Shown here: piece by piece, positions 46,636 to 54,767 of the stretch
Layout of the letters: every line of letters starts with the position of its first letter
How positions within the stretch are numbered: the stretch's first letter is position 1
NCBI GenBank assembly: GCA_028713675.1
Contig: JAQTNV010000016.1
Coordinates: 54-64,053 of the forward strand
DNA: 64,000 nucleotides
Direction of reading: 5' to 3'
From: a bacterium
Lineage (GTDB): Bacteria; Desulfobacterota; JAPLJL01
Notes under the pieces: generated by a model
Databases searched by the model: none
What the model was told of the DNA's origin: nothing
The model's input: the letters and a program-made list of their open reading frames with translations, nothing else
Program-made: the position numbers and the translations under genes

Positions 46636-48531
46636 TTATTCTCCCGTTGGGAGAAAAACGGTAAATCTCGTTCCTTCCCCGACCTTGCTGTCCACCTCGA
46701 TCCGACCTTTATGCTTCTCGACAATCCCATAGGCCACCGAAAGACCGAGCCCGGTTCCCTCTCCGGGGGCCTTGGTGGTAAAGAACGGATCGAAAATCCG
46801 GGGAAGATTCTCTTCCGGAATCCCGGCGCCGGTGTCATTTATCTCCACTCCCACATTTCCGTCCTGGGCGAAGGTCCTGATCCTGATCTCGCCCCGCTTG
46901 GGAATCGCCTGGGCGGCGTTGACCAGGAGGTTTAAAAACACCTGGTTCAGTTCCCCGGGTATACCCATGACGCTGGGAATGTCGCCGAATTCCCGAATTA
47001 CTTCGGCTTTATACTTGAGCTCGTTATTGATTACCGTCAGGGTCTCTTCAAGCCGTTCGTTCAGGCTAACCGGCTCGGGCTTTCCCGAATCCGCCCGGGC
47101 AAAGGCCTTGAGGTTTTTCACGATCTTGGAAACCCTCTCTGTCCCCTGCCGGGTTTCGTCCACCAGCCTCCCAAGGTCCAAGACCAACCCGTCAAGATTC
47201 ATCTTCCGCCCGAGTTCGTCCAGCTCCCGGGCCAACCCGGCGATTTTCACCCGGTCGTTTTTTTTCCAGGCGGAGAGGAACTCCGTCTGCCGGGAAATCA
47301 ACCCGAGTAGATCCTGAAAATACTCATGGAGGGAATTCAGGTTCGACTGGATATATCCGATCGGGTTGTTGATCTCATGGGCCACCCCCGCGGCCAACTG
47401 GCCCAGGCCGGCCAGTTTTTCCGATTGGATCAACTGGGCCTGGGCGTGCTTCAACTGCGCGTTCGATTTTTCCACATCGCCTAATGCTCGGGAAAGTTCG
47501 CGGGTTCTTTCCTTCACCCGCGACTCGAGTTTTTCATGCGACTTTTTAAGGTCATCAGTGATCCGGGCATTTTCGATCGCCACCGCGATATGGGGGCCGA
47601 AGGAAAGCAGAAGCCCAAGGTCGGATTCCGAAAAAGCTCGGCCGTCTTTACGGTTGATCACCTCGATCACCCCCACCACCTTCCCCCGTACGAGAAGTGG
47701 GGCAGCCAAGAGCGAGCGGGTCTGAAAACCGGAGTTCCGGTCAAAGTTTTTATCGAAGCGGGAATCCCGGGAGGTATCGGGGACGAGGAGAGGCATCCTT
47801 TCCGCCGCCACCCACCCGGCGACTCCCTGACCAAGCTTGATGGTCTGGTGTTCAAGTTTTTCCGCCCTAGGTCCCAAAGCCACCGCGATCCTGAGTTCCT
47901 GACCGCTCTCGTCCAAAATCATTAATGAAGAAGCCTCGGCCTGGAGCAGGTTCTGGGTATGCTCCATTACCAGGTTTAAAAGGGGGTCGAGTTCCAGCGT
48001 GGAGGTAATCGTGGTGGAGATCCGCCCGATCAGCTCCAACTGGCGGACCTGGCCGACGAGTTCGCCCACCAAGCGGCGGTTTTCCGCCCGGAGATCGAAC
48101 TTTTCCCTCCCCCGGCGGACGGCGTTCGCCAAGTCTTCCGGCTGAATAGGCTTGACCACATAATCGTATGCCCCCGAATGAATGGCTTCGACCGCAGTGT
48201 CTAGGCTGGCATGGGCGGTGATGATAAGAACCGAGGTGTCCGGGCAGATCTCCAGGAACTGGGGCAGGATCTTGATCCCGTTTTCATCCCCGAGAAACAG
48301 ATCAAGGAGGACCACCCCGGCCGGATTTGCCCGGAAAGCCTCGATCGCTTCCGTGACTGTTCCGAAGGCGGAAACCCGGTAGCCGGCCTTGCGTAATATT
48401 TCGGAATATACCTCCCGCAAAAAAAGATCATCATCCAATATCAAAACATCAAAAGACAGTTTCGAGTTTCGAGTTTCGGGTTTCGGGTTGTCAGTTTCGA
48501 GTTTCTGGTTCATTTCGTTAGGAACGCTCAT
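46636..48531 (-). CDS. REC-GAF histidine kinase
   Basis: LILDDD, LLDLFL; GAF ([16 protein letters not shown]); GVAHEINNP; NLLVNAAQA; GTGLGL. Confidence 0.93.
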   Translation of the reverse strand: MSVPNEMNQKLETDNPKPETRNSKLSFDVLILDDDLFLREVYSEILRKAGYRVSAFGTVTEAIEAFRANPAGVVLLDLFLGDENGIKILPQFLEICPDTSVLIITAHASLDTAVEAIHSGAYDYVVKPIQPEDLANAVRRGREKFDLRAENRRLVGELVGQVRQLELIGRISTTITSTLELDPLLNLVMEHTQNLLQAEASSLMILDESGQELRIAVALGPRAEKLEHQTIKLGQGVAGWVAAERMPLLVPDTSRDSRFDKNFDRNSGFQTRSLLAAPLLVRGKVVGVIEVINRKDGRAFSESDLGLLLSFGPHIAVAIENARITDDLKKSHEKLESRVKERTRELSRALGDVEKSNAQLKHAQAQLIQSEKLAGLGQLAAGVAHEINNPIGYIQSNLNSLHEYFQDLLGLISRQTEFLSAWKKNDRVKIAGLARELDELGRKMNLDGLVLDLGRLVDETRQGTERVSKIVKNLKAFARADSGKPEPVSLNERLEETLTVINNELKYKAEVIREFGDIPSVMGIPGELNQVFLNLLVNAAQAIPKRGEIRIRTFAQDGNVGVEINDTGAGIPEENLPRIFDPFFTTKAPGEGTGLGLSVAYGIVEKHKGRIEVDSKVGEGTRFTVFLPTGE

Positions 48532-48633
48532 TTGGTTTCTTTGGTTTCTGGTTTCTGGTTTCTTGTTAAATACCTTGGGTATCTTTTTCTTTTTTTTCTA
48601 ACTCGAAACTCGAAACTACAAACTCGAAACTAT

Positions 48634-49137
48634 TTATATAAGGATGTTTCCCTTCTCGTCCTTCTCTACCATACCGATTCCCGGGTGCTCCAACTCCAGG
48701 TCTTTCAGGATCTGCTTTTGTTTATTAACCTCCGCGGACAGGGCCCGGTTTTCGCGCTGGATCTTGAGATGCTCCAGGGCCAGGCGGATCGTGATCCGCA
48801 GATCCTGGTCGTCCCAGGGCTTGGTCAGGAACCGGTAAACCCCCGCCGAATTGATGGCCTCAATCGCCGCCTCCATGTCGGCATGACCGGTCAGGATAAT
48901 CCGGATGGTATCCGGGTAATCGGCGGCGACCCGTTTCAGGAACTCGACGCCGTCGTGCACCGGCATCTTGTAATCGCTGATTATGAGGTCGATCGGGCTC
49001 GCATAAAGCTTGTTTAATCCCTCCATCGCGGAGCCGGCGATCAAAACCTCATATGACTCCTTCCGAAGCGACCGGGCCAGGGCATTCAAGACGTTCACCT
49101 CATCATCAACCAAGAGGACTTTATATGCCTTTTCCAT
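48634..49137 (-). CDS. Response regulator (REC)
   Basis: LLVDDE, IISDYKMP, ILTGHAD, KPW. Confidence 0.92.
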   Translation of the reverse strand: MEKAYKVLLVDDEVNVLNALARSLRKESYEVLIAGSAMEGLNKLYASPIDLIISDYKMPVHDGVEFLKRVAADYPDTIRIILTGHADMEAAIEAINSAGVYRFLTKPWDDQDLRITIRLALEHLKIQRENRALSAEVNKQKQILKDLELEHPGIGMVEKDEKGNILI

Positions 49138-49227
49138 TTCCCACCCCCAATCTGGTTTATCTGTTTTTTTTAGTTTCTTTAGTTTCTTTGGTTTTCATTC
49201 CGCAATCCGCATTCCGCAATTTATATG

Positions 49228-49343
49228 AGCAATGCTTGTGCCAGGTATAAATAGACTGGGTAAAAACTGTCACCGACGGTGATAATGTTTGATGGAGCCC
49301 TGACATCCGGGTCACAATTTACCCAGGGAGTCACAATCGACCC
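49228..49343 (-). promoter_or_regulatory. Sigma-54 promoter with tandem enhancer sites
   Basis: TGGCACAAGCATTGCT at 49243-49228; GGGTC-ACAATT-TACCC at 49309-49324 and GAGTC-ACAATC-GACCC at 49328-49343. Confidence 0.82.
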
Positions 49344-49349
49344 ATGCAA

Positions 49350-50165
49350 ACATCTGTTTCGGGTTTCTAGTTTCTGGTTTCGGATTGTCAGTTTCGAGTT
49401 TCTGGTTTCGAGTTTCGAGTTTTAAATCTAATTTATTAATCTGATTTTCTTGGTCTTTTTGGTTCATTTGAATCTTTTTGATTAACCGGAATCTAAAAAC
49501 AACTTTTTATTCCCTTGTTTTAACTAGAAAATAGAGACGAGAAACTCAAAACTTGGTTTTCCCTTCTTTTATTTCAACTCGAAACTGTCTTCATCGTTTT
49601 TATTCAGTACTTCTTTGTTGCCTTAAACCCGAAGCTGTTTTTATTGTCCGCTGAACAATCTCCACACCAGAACCGCCCCGATCGCCAAAGCAAAAAGGAC
49701 CGGATAAAGCACCTCCTTGCTGAAAATCTGCCTTTCCAACCTCCGGCGGCGGTGATGGCGCCTTCCGATTGCGGAATGCGGATTTCGGATTGCGGATTGG
49801 CTATTTGTTATTTCGGCCTGTCCGTTACCTTGATCAGTCAGGGATTGATCGTTCTCAATCGTTGAGGTGATTTCTTTGCTCTCCATCTGTTTTCTCCGGT
49901 TTTTTTAGTCTCTGATCTTGGGCCATTGTTAGCAAAGGGCATAGGGTTGAGAGCAAAGGGTTAAAGAACGAATCTGGATTCCCGCTCCCGCGGGAACGAC
50001 GTTATGATTTTTCATTCCGCATTCCGCAATCCGCAATTCCCTAGACCCCTCGAACCCTTTCTTCGCAAGGCTGAAGCCTTGCCCTACTTGAATTACGCAA
50101 CCTAAAGGTTGCGGCTACCAACTTTCTTCGTTTTTCATTCCGCAATCCGCATTCCGCAATCATCA
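49350..50165. repeat. About 0.8 kb repeat-rich intergenic region (TTTCGAG, AAACTCG and TCCGCAA arrays; REPs at 49974-50001, 50065-50087, 50097-50118)
   Basis: Direct reading of multiple arrays and hairpins. Confidence 0.85.
49641..49886 (-). CDS. Small putative membrane protein with repeat-derived segment
   Basis: GGAGA RBS; Arg-rich RRHHRRRR followed by one TM helix; SQSAIRNPHSA encoded by a TCCGCAA array. Confidence 0.45.
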   Translation of the reverse strand: MESKEITSTIENDQSLTDQGNGQAEITNSQSAIRNPHSAIGRRHHRRRRLERQIFSKEVLYPVLFALAIGAVLVWRLFSGQ

Positions 50166-52250
50166 ATTCTGTATGACTCTTTCGAGTGTTTCCTGCAGTT
50201 CCTTCACCGTATATGGCTTTACCATCACGCCGATAAATCCGTAATTTTTATAATTGGACATGAGGTCTTCGTCGGAATATCCGCTGGAAACGATCAATCT
50301 GGCCTTCGGATCAATTTCATTGATAATCCCGGCCGCTTCTTTTCCTCCCATTTTGCCCGGAACGGTCAGGTCCATGATCGCCGCGGCATAATTCTTTCCG
50401 CTTTCCTTCGCTTTTCGATACATTTCGATGGCCTCTTCCCCGCAGACGGCAAAATCAACCCGGTAATTCATGAAACCCAGCAGGCGGCCGAGGGTCTTCC
50501 TAATGCTCTCTTCGTCGTCCATCACCAGGACTTTGCCTTTCCCATTTTCAGTTTGGCCATCGCCCGGGCTGATCATTTCAACCCTGGCTTCTTCATCCGA
50601 AGCCAGGGCCGGCAGGTAAACCTCAAAGATGGTCCCTTCCCCCACTCTGGATCCAACATCTATATGCCCGCCGTGGTTCTTGATAATCGAGAAAGTGACC
50701 GCCAGCCCCAGCCCGCTCCCTTCTTTCTTGGTGGTGAAGTAAGGGTCGAATATCCTGGCCAGGTTTTGCTCGGGTATGCCCTCCCCCTCGTCCTTCACGG
50801 ATACCCTTACGTACCGGCCCGGTTTCAAATTCGGCGCCGATTCTTCGCCCGCGACAATATTCTCGCCCCGGATCTCGAGAATCCCTCCTTTATTCATGGC
50901 CTGCTTGGCGTTGATCACCAGGTTCTCGAAAACCTGGTAAATCTGCCCGGCATTGGCCTCGATGGGCCAGAGGTTGTCCGATATGACGAAACGAGGGGCG
51001 ACACTCGATCCGCTGAGAATAAAACCGGTCACCTCCCGCAGAAGGCCGGCCAGGGAGGTGAATTCCCGGGCCTGGTTCCCGCCCCGGGCGAAAAGCAGTA
51101 ACTGCCGGATCAGGTCCCGCGCCCGAAGCGAGGCCTGCTCGGCGTCCATGATCGGCTCCAGGGCTTCCTCTCCCGGCTTGATCATGTTCCGGGCAATGGA
51201 GATGTTGGCCATGATCCCGGTGAGGATGTTGTTGAAGTCATGCGCGATTCCCCCCGCCAACAGCGAAAGCGACTCGAGCTTGCTGGTTTTCAACAATTCC
51301 TTTTCCATCCGCCGATGGTCAGTAATATCAATAAAAGTCCCCTCAATTCCCCCCGACCGTTCGGGTACATCCTTTACCAGGTGGGCATTGGCCAGGGCCA
51401 CGAATTTTTCATTCGTGATTTTTTTAGCGTTTATCAGGTAGTTCTTGATCAATCCTTTGGCCTTGAATTCTTCCAAATATTGTTTCCGGTCATCCGGGTT
51501 TTGCCAGAAATCTGGCAGTTTTTCTCCCTTCAGATTTTTTTCAATATCGAAGCCGAGGATGCGATTGAACGCCTTGTTGTGCTCGAGCAAAACACCTTCC
51601 ATAGTGCAACGGTAATATGCTTCATCCATACGGGTAACGATTTCACGATACTTTTGTTCGCTATCCAGCAGTTCTTCCCCATGCTTTTTAATTTCGGTGA
51701 TATCGCGCTCGGTGGAGGCAATCGCGATTACTTTTCCCTCGTCGTCTACCAGTTTCGTTACCGTCAGCCAGACGTCTAACAAGCGCCCGTCTTTGGTCAA
51801 CCGCTGGGTCTCGAACGAGGAGACCTTTTCACCTGCAAAGATCCGGCGGGTAAATTCCTCTTGTTCTGCCACTTTAAGGGGTGAGGCGAGTTGCCATATT
51901 TTCATCTGTAGCGCCTCTTGTTCACTGTAACCAAACATCTGTTCGGCGCCGTGATTCCAGGCAAGGATCTTTCCTGCTGAATCTTGTATCGTAATCGCAT
52001 CATTCGAGTCACACACTACCGTAGCTAAGCGCCTTAGATCCCCACCTTTATTCAAGAATTCTAATGATTTATTAAGGTTTGCAATTCGGGCAAGATTCTC
52101 CAATTTAGTCAGACTCTTTCGCAAACCGGCTAATTCGTCTAGAAGCTCAGGCTTGGACATGTTTTTATCTTTGGGCATTGGGCAAAGATATTTCTTTCCC
52201 TTGGGTTTCAAGGATTTTTTCTTTGAGTGGGAGATTTTATTCTTTTTCAT
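50163..52250 (-). CDS. PAS-PAS hybrid histidine kinase with C-terminal REC
   Basis: GIAHDFNNILT, NLVINAKQAM, GSGLGL, VMDDE, MDLTVPG. Confidence 0.93.
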   Translation of the reverse strand: MKKNKISHSKKKSLKPKGKKYLCPMPKDKNMSKPELLDELAGLRKSLTKLENLARIANLNKSLEFLNKGGDLRRLATVVCDSNDAITIQDSAGKILAWNHGAEQMFGYSEQEALQMKIWQLASPLKVAEQEEFTRRIFAGEKVSSFETQRLTKDGRLLDVWLTVTKLVDDEGKVIAIASTERDITEIKKHGEELLDSEQKYREIVTRMDEAYYRCTMEGVLLEHNKAFNRILGFDIEKNLKGEKLPDFWQNPDDRKQYLEEFKAKGLIKNYLINAKKITNEKFVALANAHLVKDVPERSGGIEGTFIDITDHRRMEKELLKTSKLESLSLLAGGIAHDFNNILTGIMANISIARNMIKPGEEALEPIMDAEQASLRARDLIRQLLLFARGGNQAREFTSLAGLLREVTGFILSGSSVAPRFVISDNLWPIEANAGQIYQVFENLVINAKQAMNKGGILEIRGENIVAGEESAPNLKPGRYVRVSVKDEGEGIPEQNLARIFDPYFTTKKEGSGLGLAVTFSIIKNHGGHIDVGSRVGEGTIFEVYLPALASDEEARVEMISPGDGQTENGKGKVLVMDDEESIRKTLGRLLGFMNYRVDFAVCGEEAIEMYRKAKESGKNYAAAIMDLTVPGKMGGKEAAGIINEIDPKARLIVSSGYSDEDLMSNYKNYGFIGVMVKPYTVKELQETLERVIQN

Positions 52251-52306
52251 CCTGATAAAAATTTCTTTAATTACAGAGTATTTATTATATGTTTAAGGTA
52301 AATGCT

Positions 52307-52322
52307 TGCAAATATCATTCCA
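52307..52322 (-). promoter_or_regulatory. Possible sigma-54 promoter
   Basis: TGGAATGATATTTGCA, correct GG/GC spacing, 57 bp upstream of the kinase start; no enhancer motif seen. Confidence 0.4.
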
Positions 52323-52701
52323 TTCAGTATCGATTATATATAACATATTAATTTTTATAAATAAATTATATATATTTATTTATATTATAAATCATTTAAT
52401 TAATAAAAAAAAACAACAGAAATTCCTGAATAATTCCATATAATTATCAATGATTTCAATATGTTATATTTATATTGATGAAATTTTCAACAGGTATAGC
52501 AAAATCATATAGGATTAGATGTTAAATTCGGATTAGGGGCCGATTGAGGAGTGAAAAATAGGTAGCCGGCAGCCAATGACAAGTAGCCGGCAAACAAAGG
52601 AAATCAGGATAATGATTGGAACAGATCTGATTTTAGAGAGAATGGGGCTTATTATTTCTTTTCGTAGTGCGACTTTTTAGGGTAGATCCTTTGAACTCTA
52701 T

Positions 52702-54051
52702 TTATTCGAACTTGTATTTTTTCAATTTATAAACGAGCGTGGTGCGATGTATACCCAGGTTCTTCGCGGCTAGGGATTTGTTGTTTTTGCACATCTTAAG
52801 AACATTTTGAATGTGTGCCTTTTCCGAACCTTCTAAGGATAAATCGGCTTTCCCGGTGGAAATTTCCCGGCTACTTACTCTCTTTCTGACCTCTTCGGGT
52901 AGATGTCCGGCCTGGATAACCCCTTCCGAGCAAATCAAGACCGCCCGCTCGATAATATTTCGCAATTCCCTGATATTCCCCGGCCAGTAATAAGAATGCA
53001 ATAAAACTTCCGCCTCTTCGGAAATTCCCGAAACGTTATGTTTGAGGGACCGGTTGAATTCCTCCAGCATGATCCGGGCTAATGGCAGGATATCTTCCCG
53101 CCTCTCCCGGAGCGGCGGAAGCCGGAGCGGCATTACCTTCAAGCGATAATAAAGATCTTCGCGGAACTTCTTCTCCTTGACCATTTCATCTAAGTCGATG
53201 TTGGAGGCGGCCATGATCCTGACATCCGCGTTGATATTTACCACCCCCCCGAGCCGCCGGAAGGACTTTTCCTCGATTACCTTGAGAAGCTTGGCCTGGA
53301 CGGAAAGCGAAAGATCCCCGATCTCGTCCAGAAAAACGCTTCCCCCGGCGGCCACTTCCAGGAGGCCGCGCTTCTGGCTTCTGGCATCGGTGAAAGCCCC
53401 GGCTTCATGGCCGAAAAGCTCGGATTCCAGCAGGTTCTCACTCAGGCCCGCGCAGTTGAGGTCCACGAAGGCTCTTTCCCGCCGATCGCTTAAATCATGG
53501 ATAATCCGGGAAATCATTCCTTTCCCGGTTCCCGTTTCCCCCAGGATTAATACGTTCACGGAGGATTTTTCGGAAAGTAATTTGATGCCACGGTAAATCT
53601 CCTCGGGCTGGCGGAGTTTAGAATATGTTTCCTTGCCTTCCAGCTTGGAAAGCTTTTCCCGGAGATACTGAGCCTCTATGCGCCGGGCGTAATTTTCCAG
53701 GCAGTTATTCACAATCACCAGCAGGGAAGCCAGCTCGATCGGCTTGAGGACGAAATTGTCCGCTTTCAGCTTGATCGCTTCGACCGCGGTTCTCACGTCC
53801 CCGTAGGCGGTAATGATAATCACCGCCTGGCCCGGAGAAATAGCCTTGATCTGCGACAATACTTCGAGCCCGGACAGGTCAGGAAGCTTGAGATCCAGAA
53901 GGACGATGTCTACGTGCCGGCTCCGGCAAATCTCGATGCCGCTTTTCCCATCGGCGGCGGTTTCGACGTTGAACCCCTGGGAGACGAAATACGTCTTCAG
54001 GTTCCGGCGGATGGAATCTTCATCGTCAACGATCAGAATGGTGTTGATCAT
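52702..54051 (-). CDS. Sigma-54-dependent REC-AAA+-HTH activator (AtoC-like)
   Basis: GETGTGKG, ESELFGHEAGAFTDA, FLDEIG, FREDLYYRL, WPGNIREL, Fis-type HTH. Confidence 0.95.
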   Translation of the reverse strand: MINTILIVDDEDSIRRNLKTYFVSQGFNVETAADGKSGIEICRSRHVDIVLLDLKLPDLSGLEVLSQIKAISPGQAVIIITAYGDVRTAVEAIKLKADNFVLKPIELASLLVIVNNCLENYARRIEAQYLREKLSKLEGKETYSKLRQPEEIYRGIKLLSEKSSVNVLILGETGTGKGMISRIIHDLSDRRERAFVDLNCAGLSENLLESELFGHEAGAFTDARSQKRGLLEVAAGGSVFLDEIGDLSLSVQAKLLKVIEEKSFRRLGGVVNINADVRIMAASNIDLDEMVKEKKFREDLYYRLKVMPLRLPPLRERREDILPLARIMLEEFNRSLKHNVSGISEEAEVLLHSYYWPGNIRELRNIIERAVLICSEGVIQAGHLPEEVRKRVSSREISTGKADLSLEGSEKAHIQNVLKMCKNNKSLAAKNLGIHRTTLVYKLKKYKFE

Positions 54052-54255
54052 ATGAATGCTCGTTTCGAGTTTCGGGTTTCGAGTTTCGAGTTCAGATTAA
54101 ACCCAATAATATTCAAATAACAGAGGCCATGAGTTCGAAACATCGTTTGTAATTTATTAGTCATATGAATGCTCGTCTCGAGTTTCGAGTTTCGAGTTTC
54201 GAGTTCAGATTAAACCCAAAAATAATCAAAAAACAGAAGTTATGAGTACGAAACC
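54049..54255. repeat. 113-bp-period tandem duplication containing a heptamer array and the start-codon context
   Basis: catatgaatgctcg...gagttcagattaaaccca...gag..cgaaac occurs at 54049 and at 54162. Confidence 0.9.
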
Positions 54256-54645
54256 TCATTTGTACTTGTTACCTTTTATTTCAGATCTCCGCAAATAATT
54301 CATCAAGCCGCCAGCCAATTTCCCCACTTCAGTTACCTTAACAAATAGCTGGTTAAAAGAATCCTGATTCAGATAACCCTGATCAAGGGCAACATAGAGT
54401 TGGCTTTTAACTTCACCGCTAGAACCTTTCGAAACGGAGAGAAATTGGATGAATTCCTTGGTCCCACCTCTCTCGAAACCTTCGGCTATGTTTGAAGTAA
54501 TTGAAACACAAGCTTTTCTCAATTGCTCTCGCAAACCGATATCTCTGTTGAATTTGCCTATATTTGACAAGGCGTAAATTTCATTGGTAAGTTCCCGACC
54601 TTTCTGCCAGGCTTCAATATCTTCGAAACATTTAAAGGTCGCCAT
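54256..54645 (-). CDS. Four helix bundle protein (23S rRNA IVS-protein / Avd-like family)
   Basis: FEDIEAWQKGREL, LREQLRKACVSITSNIAEGFERGGTKEFIQFLSVSKGSSGEVKSQL. Confidence 0.93.
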   Translation of the reverse strand: MATFKCFEDIEAWQKGRELTNEIYALSNIGKFNRDIGLREQLRKACVSITSNIAEGFERGGTKEFIQFLSVSKGSSGEVKSQLYVALDQGYLNQDSFNQLFVKVTEVGKLAGGLMNYLRRSEIKGNKYK

Positions 54646-54669
54646 CTTCTTTCTCCCTTCTTCCTTATT

Positions 54670-54767
54670 AGTTTCGGGTTTGTAGTTTCTAGTTTCTGGT
54701 TAAAAACTTTAAAACATTTATCATCTCTTTTATTTAACTCGAAACTCGAAACCCGAAACTCGAAACT
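54670..54767. repeat. Inverted heptamer arrays upstream of the four-helix-bundle gene
   Basis: agtttcgggtttgtagtttctagtttctggtt, AT-rich spacer, aactcgaaactcgaaacccgaaactcgaaact. Confidence 0.9.

Noticed and set aside
54256-54645. Four-helix-bundle gene as evidence of a 23S rRNA intervening sequence
   Set aside because: The flanks are protein-coding signalling genes, and no rRNA sequence was recognised.
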